Positions 27,873-37,528 of a stretch of 64,000 nt of DNA are shown here, in pieces. The DNA is taken from the NCBI GenBank assembly GCA_951812955.1, contig OX638340.1, positions 1,728,001-1,792,000 of the forward strand. The letters run 5' to 3'. Source of the DNA: an uncultured Gemmatimonadota bacterium. GTDB taxonomy: Bacteria; JAAXHH01. The first letter of the stretch is position 1. Each line of letters opens with the position of its first letter. The notes under the pieces were generated by a model. It was not told the origin of the DNA and did no database searches. It saw nothing but the letters and a program-made list of their open reading frames with translations. Position numbers and translations under genes: made by a program.

Positions 27873-29060
27873 TCAACCAGACAGGCAAATTTTCCCAAGC
27901 ACAGCCGGCCGATCCGCTCCCGTCGCACCCGGAAGACTGCCAGGCAGGCCCCGGACCGTCTGGTCGGCGAGCACCGCAAAGGCCACGGCTTCCTTGGCGT
28001 CCGACGAGAGGCCATGGTCATCCGAAGTCGCCACCTCCACAGGAGACAGCGCCCCGGCGAGCCGTTCGAGCATGAACTTGTTCCTGGCGCCGCCGCCGCT
28101 TACGATCATTTCGTCCAGTTGCGTGACGACGGGCTCGACGAACCGGTGGCAGGCGTCCTTTATGGAACGTACGGTGATCTCCGTCGCGGTCGCAAGCAGA
28201 TCGTCGCCTTTGAGACCAGCCTCCCGCCCCGCGCGAACCAGGACTTCCGCACAGCGGTCTCCAAAAAGTTCCCTGCCCGTGGACTTTGGAGGAGGCCGCT
28301 CGAAATAAGGCATGGACAGCACCTCCGCTATCAGGTTCTCGGCAGGCTTGCCCTGCCGCGCGCCCGCGCCGTCCTCATCCATAACGCGTCCAAGTTCCAT
28401 CCGGGCAACCGCGTCGATCAGCATACTGGCCGGCCCCGTATCGAAAGCCATCACATCTTCGGGTTTCGGGTCTGCGGGCAGCACGGTGAGGTTAGCTATG
28501 CCGCCCAGGTTCAGGAGCCCCCGGGATCTGCCGGTATGCCTGAAGAGCAGGTAGTCCACATAGGGCACGAGCGGGGCGCCCTGGCCGCCCCGGGCCACGT
28601 CCGCGGCGCGGAAATCGCCAACCGTCACCACGCCAGTCCGCTGTGCGATCACCGATGGATCGCCGATCTGCAGCGTCGCCCCGGTTTCCACGCCGAATCT
28701 TGCTATCCTTCCGGGGAGATGGTGGACCGTCTGGCCATGGGATCCGATCAGATCGATCTCCGACATGGACAATCCGGCGGCTCCCGCCGCGTTGATCGCC
28801 GCCCCGGCGAAGAGTTCCCCCAGTTCGAAATGAAGGCGGCAGATTTCGTCGATTCTTCCCGTTTCCGAATCGGAGACTTCCATCAACCGATCGCGCAGAC
28901 CGGATGGAAAAGGCACCGTATCGAAGCCCAGCACTTCCAGGGAAAGCTCATCGTCCTTTCCGCTCATGTTAATTACCGCGGCGTCGATCCCATCGGCGGA
29001 CGTTCCCGACATCAGTCCGATGATCCGGCGGTCCTGAGCTGTCTGGAATCCAGATAACAC
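27873..29060 (-). CDS. anmK: Anhydro-N-acetylmuramic acid kinase
   Basis: N-terminal GLMSGTSADGIDAAV and ASKHA-fold motifs. 395 aa. Confidence 0.9.
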   Translation of the reverse strand: MLSGFQTAQDRRIIGLMSGTSADGIDAAVINMSGKDDELSLEVLGFDTVPFPSGLRDRLMEVSDSETGRIDEICRLHFELGELFAGAAINAAGAAGLSMSEIDLIGSHGQTVHHLPGRIARFGVETGATLQIGDPSVIAQRTGVVTVGDFRAADVARGGQGAPLVPYVDYLLFRHTGRSRGLLNLGGIANLTVLPADPKPEDVMAFDTGPASMLIDAVARMELGRVMDEDGAGARQGKPAENLIAEVLSMPYFERPPPKSTGRELFGDRCAEVLVRAGREAGLKGDDLLATATEITVRSIKDACHRFVEPVVTQLDEMIVSGGGARNKFMLERLAGALSPVEVATSDDHGLSSDAKEAVAFAVLADQTVRGLPGSLPGATGADRPAVLGKICLSG

Positions 29061-29364
29061 GGGGGATTTACCTTTTCTAGCGGCTACGAAGGTAGAGAAC
29101 GCCCGGCATCATCAGTCTATTGCCGTCCTACCGCATGCCAGACTGCTCGATTTGCTGCTGAATATGCTCTGCAACCCGCCAGATGTCAAGACGGTTGGCT
29201 GGCTAGAAACGGCCTTCGGGCAACCCGCCGGCAGGTGAAAAACCCGTTGCAAAATCGCGCCTGTATCGTATTATAGCCGTTAAACGACAAATCCAATATG
29301 CAACTGTTCTACTCGAGGTAGGAGTCTAAGCCAGGCTCTGCCACCAAGCAAAGCGAGGACACCC

Positions 29365-30405
29365 ATGACACCTTTGACCCGGTACCGGTGGATCGTTTAT
29401 ATGGTCGCCGCCGCTCTGATCACACAGTTTCAAGGGCTTTCCATGGCCCAGAACCACGCGCCGAACCCGTACACTACCGTCGAGGGCATATGGGGCAAAC
29501 TCGGTGGAGACCGGACATGGGGCGCCACGAGCGCGGTCTTTCCCGCCCAGGACGGCAGCGGCAACATCTGGGTGGCGGAAAGATGCGGGCAGAACCTCTG
29601 CGCCGGACGCGAAGACGTGGATCCGATCCTGCTTTTCGACAGCGACGGCAACCTGCTGAAGAGCTTCGGAGCGGGCATGTTCGTCTGGCCCCACGGCATC
29701 TTCGTGGACCCGGAAAACAACGTCTGGGTGACGGACGCCCGGGGCGGTGAAGGCATCGGGCACCAGATCCACAAGTTCAGCGAAGACGGCGAACTGCTCA
29801 TGAGCCTTGGGGTAGCCGGAGTCGGAGGCGATGGGGAGACCATCTTCAACGCGCCTTCCGACGTCCTCGTAGCGCCCGACGGCAGCATCTTCGTGGCGGA
29901 CGGTCACGGATCCGGCGGCAACAACCGCATCGTCAAGCTGGCGGCGGACGGCTCGTTCATCAAGGCCTGGGGCGAGACGGGTCAGGCTGCCGGCGAGTTC
30001 CGCGATCCCCACGCGCTGGCCATGGACTCCCAGGGCCGGCTGTACGTGGGCGACCGGGGCAATGCACGGATCCAGATTTTCGACCAGGAGGGCGAGTACA
30101 TCGCCACCTGGACCCAGTTCGGCCGCCCGAGCGGCCTCTTCATCACCGCCGACGACATGCTCTACAGCGCGGACTCCGAGTCGAACGCGACCTGGGGAGC
30201 CAACCCGGGCTGGCGGAGGGGAATCCGCATCGGCAGCATCAAGGACGGCGGCTTCGTGTCGGCCTTCATTCCGGATACCGTAGTGGATGCCGATGACGCA
30301 GGTACGACCGGCGCGGAAGGCGTTGCCGTGGATGACATGGGCAACGTGTACGGCGCGGAGGTCGGGCCCCGCATGTTGAGGAAATACCTCATATCCGGGG
30401 AATAG
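29365..30405 (+). CDS. Secreted NHL-repeat six-bladed beta-propeller protein (PAL-like)
   Basis: Signal peptide. Repeated G-x-hydrophobic-D/tight-turn blades (HGIFVDPENNVWVTD, GSIFVADG, GRLYVGD, MLYSAD). Confidence 0.65.
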   Translation: MTPLTRYRWIVYMVAAALITQFQGLSMAQNHAPNPYTTVEGIWGKLGGDRTWGATSAVFPAQDGSGNIWVAERCGQNLCAGREDVDPILLFDSDGNLLKSFGAGMFVWPHGIFVDPENNVWVTDARGGEGIGHQIHKFSEDGELLMSLGVAGVGGDGETIFNAPSDVLVAPDGSIFVADGHGSGGNNRIVKLAADGSFIKAWGETGQAAGEFRDPHALAMDSQGRLYVGDRGNARIQIFDQEGEYIATWTQFGRPSGLFITADDMLYSADSESNATWGANPGWRRGIRIGSIKDGGFVSAFIPDTVVDADDAGTTGAEGVAVDDMGNVYGAEVGPRMLRKYLISGE

Positions 30406-30428
30406 GACGAACCCGATTCCGATGGTTT

Positions 30429-30532
30429 TCGACGGTCTGTCTGACTGGATCGACGGCCTGACCGATTGGACCGACGGTCTGTCCGATTGGACCGACGGTC
30501 TGTCCGACTGGACCGACGGTCTATCAGGCCAG
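30429..30532. repeat. Tandem repeat, 21-bp unit GACCGACGGTCTGTCCGATTG x about 5
   Basis: Immediately after the stop of the NHL gene, with copies differing by 1-3 substitutions. Confidence 0.85.
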
Positions 30533-30546
30533 ACCCGGTGCTAAAT

Positions 30547-30598
30547 TAAAAAAGGCGTGGTACGTGGACCAATACAGATCCCACGGACCGCGCCTTTT
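30547..30598. terminator. Candidate bidirectional rho-independent terminator between convergent genes
   Basis: Imperfect palindrome AAAAGGCGTGGTACGTGGACC ... GGACCGCGCCTTTT, flanked by an A-run on one side and a T-run on the other. Confidence 0.55.
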
Positions 30599-30709
30599 GC
30601 TATTCAACTGAACAGAAACCGCCTGGCCGGGCGGCCAGGCAGTTCGCTTACGAGCGATTGTCGACACCTGACAACACATCTTTAGATGGCAGATGCGCGC
30701 TCGAACAGG

Positions 30710-32479
30710 TCATTCTTCCTCGTACAGCGCTTCGCCGCGGCTCAGACGCAGCGCGATCTGCGCAGTCTGATTGAGTGCTCGCTGGGTCGGGGCATGGGCG
30801 GCGAGATACCGGGCCGTAGCGATCAGCACGTGGTCGGCCTCGGCACTTCCCCGCAACTCCTCATATTGCCGAATGCCCGCCTCCAGCATCTGGAAGCTGT
30901 GGAACTCGGCATCCTCCCGCAATAGCGAGATCGCCAGCGTACGGAACAGCCGGTCCACCGGGTGCCCATCGGCCAGGTAACGATAGACCAGCCTGGCGGC
31001 CGGCTCCACCTGCTGCTGCGTGTCCAGTTCGGTCAGAAACGCGTCGAGGATCTCATCGGTCTTGCCGGCCAGATCGGCCGTGGCCCTGTCACCGGGCAAA
31101 CGCGCGGGCGGCACGTTGAGAAAGCGGTCCAGGTACACGGCCATGGCGCCGTGGAAGACGCCGCGGATCAACTCCGGTGAACCCGTCCGCTTCAGGGCCT
31201 GGTGCAGGGCGTTCGCGTAGGTAAAGGTGTGCAGCACCGTGATCCAGTCGCCGAACTCGTTCTGCGTGTGGAACCGGGCGATGCGCAGCGCGGCGGCGTA
31301 GGTGACCGCCTGGCTGAGCTGCAGGGGCGTCATGCCCTCGCGAAGGCGGGCCAGCATGGTGTCCACCGTGGCCTGGGGATCGTCCCCGAGAATCACTTCT
31401 GCCAGTTCGACGGGACCTTCCCAGACGTGCCCGTTGGACGTCGAAGCCAGCGCGCCGGGCAACGCGGCGTTGGCTTTGCGAATAATGGCGGCCAGGTCGA
31501 CGGGATGGCGCCAGGCGTTTCGCTCCTCGCTGCGCGCCGCGGCGCATAATTGACCGACCAGGCTGGGCAGCACTTCACCGGCGTGTTCCCAGCCGATGTG
31601 GTCCAGCAGTTCCGTGGATTTGTTGATGAAGTCCGCGACGTGGCCGCCGTCCAGGAACACGTGATCCGTGGCGGCGCTCATCATCATGTCGACCAGCTGC
31701 GCGGGTTCGCAGTCCATGGACACGGCGGTGAGGAGACACCGCGTGGCGCCTTCCGTGTCGCGCACCTCCACGAAGCGGCGGAACCAGCGCTTCAACTGTT
31801 CAAAGGACAGATTCTCCGTATCCAGTGGTTGCAGGTCGAACCTCGGCGGCTGTCCGTTGCTGTCCCGGGCGACGTGCGTCAGTCCCTGGTATAGCGGGAG
31901 GATCTGCTCGTCTTTCGGCAGATAACCGCACAGGTTGGTCATCGCGGTTAGAATGGTCAGTCCGGGACCCCATCCAGATGACCGGTACCGCACGCCGTAC
32001 CGACCGCCGGTCTCGGCGATATCCTTGTAGGACACTCCCGATTTCAGCAGGGCAATAACCGCCTTGGCATTGACCAGCGAGATGTTCTGTTCAAGGCCTT
32101 CCCTGAGGCGGTTTCGCCAGTATTCCGCGTCGCCCGATTGATCCCGGGAACCCGATACCCAGACATCGCCGTTACGGGTCTCGACGGCGTACACCGGCAC
32201 GTCGTCCGCGAAGAGATCAAAGGTACAGCCGCTCTCAAGGTCGAAGTCCGCATGGTGCCAGTGGCAGGTCAGAATGCCGTCCTTGATCGTGCCGCGATGC
32301 AGCGGAAAACCCATGTGGGGACAGCGGTTGTCCACGGCGTGCACCTGCCCGTCGTCATGATGGAACACGGCGATCGGTCCGTCGTTGCCGCTGACGACGA
32401 TGCTCCCCTTCTCCTTCAGTTCATCCACCGATGCGACCCGGATCGGGTCACGCAAGGCCGTCTTCGAGGTGCCGTTCAT
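30710..32479 (-). CDS. Rieske [2Fe-2S] domain protein fused to a large uncharacterised C-terminal domain
   Basis: N-terminal Rieske motif CPHMG...H and CHWHH (CxH...CxxH). 589 aa total with about 450 aa of unrecognised C-terminal sequence. Confidence 0.75.
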   Translation of the reverse strand: MNGTSKTALRDPIRVASVDELKEKGSIVVSGNDGPIAVFHHDDGQVHAVDNRCPHMGFPLHRGTIKDGILTCHWHHADFDLESGCTFDLFADDVPVYAVETRNGDVWVSGSRDQSGDAEYWRNRLREGLEQNISLVNAKAVIALLKSGVSYKDIAETGGRYGVRYRSSGWGPGLTILTAMTNLCGYLPKDEQILPLYQGLTHVARDSNGQPPRFDLQPLDTENLSFEQLKRWFRRFVEVRDTEGATRCLLTAVSMDCEPAQLVDMMMSAATDHVFLDGGHVADFINKSTELLDHIGWEHAGEVLPSLVGQLCAAARSEERNAWRHPVDLAAIIRKANAALPGALASTSNGHVWEGPVELAEVILGDDPQATVDTMLARLREGMTPLQLSQAVTYAAALRIARFHTQNEFGDWITVLHTFTYANALHQALKRTGSPELIRGVFHGAMAVYLDRFLNVPPARLPGDRATADLAGKTDEILDAFLTELDTQQQVEPAARLVYRYLADGHPVDRLFRTLAISLLREDAEFHSFQMLEAGIRQYEELRGSAEADHVLIATARYLAAHAPTQRALNQTAQIALRLSRGEALYEEE

Positions 32480-32649
32480 GATGATTCTCCTCAGGCTGCG
32501 ATTCGATGATTGTACGTTGTATCATAACAAAATATAGGTGCTGCTATTCAATTTATGTATACAAACCAATAAGTCAATAATATTATTTATAAAATATATT
32601 TAATTATTATTGTTCCCATTTTTAAATTACACTTTATAATACGAGGAGA
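32480..32649. promoter_or_regulatory. Strongly AT-rich divergent promoter/operator region between the Rieske gene and its neighbouring regulator
   Basis: About 170 bp, almost devoid of G/C (runs such as TAATATTATTTATAAAATATATTTAATTATTATTG), in an otherwise G+C-rich genome. Confidence 0.6.
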
Positions 32650-33321
32650 TTGCACCAACGTACGGGACAGTCGCTTAATTCGCGGAGCATGACCATGCCA
32701 CAACGGGAAGGCGCCACCCGCCGCCAGATTCTGGAGTTGCTCAAACGACGGGGCGACATGACGGCCGGGCAACTCGCCGAAGAAATTGGGATCACTTCCA
32801 TGGGCGTTCGCCAACACCTGAGCGGCCTTGAGCGCGACGACCTGGTCGAGACGCGGGTCGTGCGGCAGGACCGCGGCCGGCCGGCGCACTACTTCGGCCT
32901 GACGAATGAGGCGGAGCACCTTTTCCCGGCTCGATACGGCCAACTCGCGGTGGAACTGCTCGAACAGATTGCCGAAATCGACGGACCGGAGAAGGCAGAC
33001 AACCTCTTCGCGCTTCGTACGGAGCGTCTCGAGCAGGCCTACAAAGAAGAGATGGCCGGGCAACCCCTGGCGGATCGGGTGCGCGTCCTCGGCGAAATCC
33101 GGGACCGGGAGGGATACATGGCCGAATCCCATCCGGAAGGTGATGAGTACGTCCTGGTGGAACACCACTGCCCGATCTACGAAATTGCCCGCCGTTTCCC
33201 CCGGGTCTGCCAGCTCGAACAGGAGTTGTTCGAACGAACGCTGGATGCCGGAGTCCGCAGGGACGAACACAAGATACTCGGCGACAACCGGTGCCGTTAC
33301 CTGGTCCGAAAGCGCGATTGA
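32650..33321 (+). CDS. Winged-helix (ArsR/MarR-like) transcriptional regulator with a C-terminal Cys-containing domain
   Basis: wHTH segment ILELLKRRGDMTAGQLAEEIGITSMGVRQHLSGLE. C-terminal HHCP...C motif. TTG start with a GAGGAG RBS at 32650; alternative ATG at 32689. Confidence 0.6.
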   Translation: MHQRTGQSLNSRSMTMPQREGATRRQILELLKRRGDMTAGQLAEEIGITSMGVRQHLSGLERDDLVETRVVRQDRGRPAHYFGLTNEAEHLFPARYGQLAVELLEQIAEIDGPEKADNLFALRTERLEQAYKEEMAGQPLADRVRVLGEIRDREGYMAESHPEGDEYVLVEHHCPIYEIARRFPRVCQLEQELFERTLDAGVRRDEHKILGDNRCRYLVRKRD

Positions 33322-33405
33322 CGGCGAGCGAACGGCACCTGGTAAAAAATGAGATCGGCGGCCGGCTACCGGCTTGCCTGTATGGTCCGAAAGCGCGATT
33401 GACGG
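33302..33405. repeat. Direct repeat GGTCCGAAAGCGCGATTGACGGC x2, with GGCCGGCTACCG x2
   Basis: Copies at 33302-33324 and 33383-33405, spanning the regulator stop and the spacer upstream of the dehydrogenase gene. Confidence 0.75.
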
Positions 33406-33441
33406 CCGGCTACCGACCTGGCTGGATGCAGGGCGTTTCCC

Positions 33442-34467
33442 ATGAGCAAACCACGAATCTGGTACCTGCCGACGCCGTCTCACACTGCCGGCGTCTTCAA
33501 GGATGAAACCTACCGGCGATTGCTGGCGAGTTTCGACGTGGTAGTGAACGAAACCGACCGCGCGATGACCGCCGGCGAGGTGGAAGAAGGGATAGCCGGC
33601 TTTGACGGACTCGTCACCGGATGGGGCGTCATGCCGATCAGCGGGACAGCCCTGGAGCGGGCCGATCGATTGAAGTTCGTCGTGCACTCCGCCGGATCGG
33701 TCAAATACCTATTCACCTCCGAGATGGTCGCCGGCCACTTGGCGCCCAGGGGAATCCGTGTCGTCAGCGCGCGGGGTGCCATCGCCCTGAATGTGGCGGA
33801 ACACGCGGTCGGCGCACTGATCATGATGAGCCGCCGGTGGGTCCACGATGCACTCAACATTCGGAATCGGGGCATGTGGCGGGATCCGGACAAGAACTGG
33901 TCTAACCAGTTTTTACGGGGCTCCGTGGTGGGTATCGTGAGCGCCAGCATGGTGGGTCGGGAGGTGATCCGGCTTCTCCAGCCCTTCAACGTCCGCATCC
34001 TCGTTTTCGATCCTTACCTGAGCGATTGGGACGCCGGCCGCATGAACGTGGAACGAGTGGACATGGACACGCTGTTCGAGACATCGGACATGGTTACCAT
34101 CCACGCGCCGTCAATCCCGGAGACGGAACGCATGATCGGCGCGGAACAGCTTCGGCTCCTGCGCGACGACGCCGTCCTGGTCAATACCTCGCGGGGATCC
34201 GTCCTGGACCACGACGCGCTGTACGAAGAAGCCAGGACCGGCAGAATCCAGGTCCAGCTGGACGTGACCACCCCTGAACCCCTGCCGCCCGATCACAGAT
34301 TGCGCGGCCTCCCCAACGTGGTCATCACGCCCCACAGCTCGGGAACCGGCGCTTACGGCCACCTCGAGATCGGCGAGATAACGCTGAGCGCGCTGGAGCA
34401 CATTTTCTCGGGACGGGAACCGGTGCCGGGCGAGGTGGACCTGGCGTGCTGGGCGCAGATTGCGTAG
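33442..34467 (+). CDS. D-isomer-specific 2-hydroxyacid dehydrogenase family NAD-binding protein
   Basis: Rossmann GxGxxG (GIVSASMVGREV), catalytic Arg/Glu/His region (TSRGSVLD, HSSG). 341 aa. Confidence 0.9.
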   Translation: MSKPRIWYLPTPSHTAGVFKDETYRRLLASFDVVVNETDRAMTAGEVEEGIAGFDGLVTGWGVMPISGTALERADRLKFVVHSAGSVKYLFTSEMVAGHLAPRGIRVVSARGAIALNVAEHAVGALIMMSRRWVHDALNIRNRGMWRDPDKNWSNQFLRGSVVGIVSASMVGREVIRLLQPFNVRILVFDPYLSDWDAGRMNVERVDMDTLFETSDMVTIHAPSIPETERMIGAEQLRLLRDDAVLVNTSRGSVLDHDALYEEARTGRIQVQLDVTTPEPLPPDHRLRGLPNVVITPHSSGTGAYGHLEIGEITLSALEHIFSGREPVPGEVDLACWAQIA

Positions 34468-34551
34468 GGTGGGCTAGAGGTGGTCAGACAAAGTCACTAT
34501 AATGAATCTGTACGGCTCTATAAATAAACCGTCAATTCACGCTATTGTACT

Positions 34552-34968
34552 TTACTTGGAATTGAGCGCGAAGCGTGACAGCATCTCACAAATCTTTTTA
34601 GGCGGCCTGGGCCATGAATATGTGCCTCGTTCCCAAGAAAGTGTTTCAAAAGTTTCTGGCGATGCCTCTTCCACAATACGCATTAATTCATCATGCAGAA
34701 TCAGGTGCCAGATATCGCCTATCCTGAAACACATGTGCAGGTTCTTTCCAATGTACTTCCTGTCAACTAACATGCGTCCCTTGAGTTGAACTTTCAGGGT
34801 TTGATCACCATCTTTGTGATATGCCAAAAAATCAGCACCTTGCCAGTCGTCTGACAACTTGATACAGTTGAAGCCGTAATCAGCAAGTTTACTTGCTACT
34901 TTGTGGAAGTTGTATATCTCCTTCTGCTTGCTATTCAGTTCATCATAGTTAATTCTATCCAGTTTCAT
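34552..34968 (-). CDS. Low-G+C orphan protein, possibly PD-(D/E)xK-like, translationally coupled to folD
   Basis: ATG at 34968 overlaps the folD stop in an ATGA arrangement. AT-rich codon usage unlike its neighbours. Segment GADFLAY...LKVQLKG could be a D...QxK nuclease-like core; this is a weak inference. Confidence 0.5.
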   Translation of the reverse strand: MKLDRINYDELNSKQKEIYNFHKVASKLADYGFNCIKLSDDWQGADFLAYHKDGDQTLKVQLKGRMLVDRKYIGKNLHMCFRIGDIWHLILHDELMRIVEEASPETFETLSWERGTYSWPRPPKKICEMLSRFALNSK

Positions 34969-35867
34969 GCATCGTTTCTCCATAGTTGCACCCGCCGCCG
35001 CGCCGCACCCACCGTATTCTCCATCAACATGGCCACGGTCATGGGACCGACTCCCCCGATGCGGGGCGTGATCCAGCCGGCGACTTCCGCCACATCGTCA
35101 TCCACGTCGCTCAGGAGCTTCTTGCCCCTCCGGGTGATGCCCGCGGCTACTACGGCCGCGCCGGGTTTCACCATGTCTTTCTTGATCAGTCCGGGCGAAC
35201 CCGCGGCGGCTACGATGATATCGGCTTCGCGCAGGTGGGCGGCCATGTCGGGCACGGCCGAATGCAGTACCGTAACCGCCGCGTTGCAGTTGGGCCTTTT
35301 TAACGACAGCAGCAGGGCCAACGGGCGGCCGATGGTCAGTCCACGGCCGACGATTGCCACGTTTTTCCCTTCAATGGGTACACCGTAATGGACCAGTAAG
35401 GCGAGGATGCCGTTGGGCGTACAGGGCAGGGGACCCGGCTTGCCGATCACCAGCCGGCCCAGGTTGATGGGATTGAGTCCGTCCGCGTCCTTGTCCGGCG
35501 CCACGGAGAGCAGCGCTTCGTCCTCGTCGAGCCAATCCGGCAGCGGGATCTGCACGAGGATGGCGTCGACCTCCGGATCTTCGTTCAAGCGGCCGATATT
35601 CTGTAGCAGTTCCTCTTGCGAAGTGGATGCGGGCAGGTGGGTATGGATACTCCAAATGCCGATCTCCTCACACGCCCGGTGCTTCATGGAGATATAGGTC
35701 GCGCTGGGCCCGTCGTCTCCGACCAGGATCGTCGCCAGACCCGGCGTGATCCCCTGCTCGCGCATTTCGGCCGTTTCTTTCGCGAGCCTGGCCTGTATTT
35801 CGTCGGCCAGCTTGCGGCCGCTCATGATGACCGGGCCTTTGCCGGAACTCATTGGCTTACCTTTCAT
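34965..35867 (-). CDS. folD: Bifunctional 5,10-methylene-THF dehydrogenase / methenyl-THF cyclohydrolase
   Basis: Conserved FolD motifs (YISMKHRACEEIG, ILVQIPLP, GRGLTIGRPLALLL). The start may be the internal MSSGKG, 5 codons downstream. Confidence 0.95.
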   Translation of the reverse strand: MKGKPMSSGKGPVIMSGRKLADEIQARLAKETAEMREQGITPGLATILVGDDGPSATYISMKHRACEEIGIWSIHTHLPASTSQEELLQNIGRLNEDPEVDAILVQIPLPDWLDEDEALLSVAPDKDADGLNPINLGRLVIGKPGPLPCTPNGILALLVHYGVPIEGKNVAIVGRGLTIGRPLALLLSLKRPNCNAAVTVLHSAVPDMAAHLREADIIVAAAGSPGLIKKDMVKPGAAVVAAGITRRGKKLLSDVDDDVAEVAGWITPRIGGVGPMTVAMLMENTVGAARRRVQLWRNDA

Positions 35868-35924
35868 ACAATCAATCGTATCGCGCCACCAAATTTCGGT
35901 GCGCTGATCGCATCACCCCGGTAG

Positions 35925-37364
35925 TCACTCGATCCCCGCGGCTTTCTTCGCGATATCCATGCACCGCAGCAGGTCGTAACCCCGGAAGATCGTGATCTTC
36001 TGCGCCTCGAGCGAACCCTCGGCATGGATGGCCAACAGTTCATGGTACCCGCCGAAATCCGAAGCCGTCAGATCGCGGATGAGATTGATGGCCTTCATCC
36101 GGTCCATGGTCGGCACGCCCTTGCGGCCGCCCAGGTAGCGCTCCAGGTCGTCCTTCGTCTCGTCGTTGTGCCAGTCCGCTTCAGACGGACCCGTGACCAG
36201 CAGGGCACCGGCGATGTCCTGCACGTCCCGCACGGCCTCGTGATAGTTGTTGGCGAAATGATACTTGGCGATGTTGGTCGTGAGCGTGTCCGGCACCGCG
36301 ATGCCGTCCACCACCTTGCAGTCCATGGCGGCCGCCCGGGTCAGGGCGCGGACCGTCTCGGTGTAGGTAATGAGCCGCGTGGCCTTGTCGCGGATGTGGC
36401 TCGCCTTCTCCACCCCGTTGTACACGGCAATCAGCGCGGCGGCGCCGATGAAGAGGTCGAGGAGTGGCGGCTTGTAGGACACGGCCGTGAAACGGTGAAA
36501 CTCCACGAAGGCGTTCGCCAGCACCCCGGCGAAATCCCACTCGCCGGCCAGGAATACGCGCTCGTTCGGGACGAACACGTCGTCGAACACGGTCAGGGTC
36601 TCGACCAGGTGGTGTTTCGAACTGACCGGGTGATGATAGGTACTCTCTCCCGAGAACCCGAAGGGACTGGCGATGAGCCGGACGCCCGGCGTGTTGACGG
36701 GTACGGAAAACGCCACGGCATAGTCCTGGTCTTCCTCTGAAATCGCCCGGGTTGGCAGCACGATCACGTCGTCCACGTAGGCGGTGCCCGTTGTATGGGC
36801 CTTGGCGCCCCGGACCACGATACCATCGGGCCGGCGCTCCACGATGCGCACGTAGTAGTCGGGATGGGTCTGCTGGGAGGGCAGGCGGCTGCGGTCTCCT
36901 TTGGCGTCCGTCTGCGCCACGGCCAGGCTCAGGTCGCGGTCGCGGCATGCGGCATGGTAGTTCTTCACGCGTTCCAGATAGTTGGTGCCATGCTTCTCGT
37001 CGATCTGCCGCGCGACGAGCCGCAGGGAAAACAGGGCGTCCGTGCCGATCTCCTTGATGAGCAGCACCACGCCGCTGCCCTCGCGGGTGCTCGTCTCGAT
37101 CATTTCCCGTCGCTTCAACAGGTCTTCCGTATTGGCCGGCGGGATGAAGTAACGGCTGACGCGTTCGCCCGTCTCGGGACAAATCACCGTGAACAGGTCC
37201 CTGTGGGCCTCGTCTTCGGCGAGTTGGTAGTCAAGGGCCGTGTGCTCAGCGCCTGCGCGCAATTCCGGGTGCTCCATGAGATCCGGCACCCGCTCGCCGC
37301 GAAAGTAGATCGTCCTGCCGTCCCGCAAACCTTCCAGATATTCTGAAGCCGTTCTCAGACCCAT
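35925..37364 (-). CDS. 4-hydroxyphenylacetate 3-monooxygenase oxygenase-component (HpaB) family / 4-hydroxybutyryl-CoA dehydratase-like flavoprotein
   Basis: HpaB-family length and motifs. Start placed at the ATG at 37364, which has a GGAGAG RBS; the 72-codon N-terminal extension in the track is Arg/Trp-rich junk overlapping the SDR gene. Confidence 0.8.
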   Translation of the reverse strand: MGLRTASEYLEGLRDGRTIYFRGERVPDLMEHPELRAGAEHTALDYQLAEDEAHRDLFTVICPETGERVSRYFIPPANTEDLLKRREMIETSTREGSGVVLLIKEIGTDALFSLRLVARQIDEKHGTNYLERVKNYHAACRDRDLSLAVAQTDAKGDRSRLPSQQTHPDYYVRIVERRPDGIVVRGAKAHTTGTAYVDDVIVLPTRAISEEDQDYAVAFSVPVNTPGVRLIASPFGFSGESTYHHPVSSKHHLVETLTVFDDVFVPNERVFLAGEWDFAGVLANAFVEFHRFTAVSYKPPLLDLFIGAAALIAVYNGVEKASHIRDKATRLITYTETVRALTRAAAMDCKVVDGIAVPDTLTTNIAKYHFANNYHEAVRDVQDIAGALLVTGPSEADWHNDETKDDLERYLGGRKGVPTMDRMKAINLIRDLTASDFGGYHELLAIHAEGSLEAQKITIFRGYDLLRCMDIAKKAAGIE

Positions 37365-37528
37365 ATCACTCTCCGAATGCTGGTTTACAACAATGACTTT
37401 TTGTCCGCGGCGCCAGGTCCCTGTCGACACTTCGGCGCGTATCCAGCGGCGATTCCACCGCCAGGCCGCCGTCCATCCTCCATCGATCGTCAGCTCTTCT
37501 AAGTGTTTCCATCGGCGATTTCGAATCG

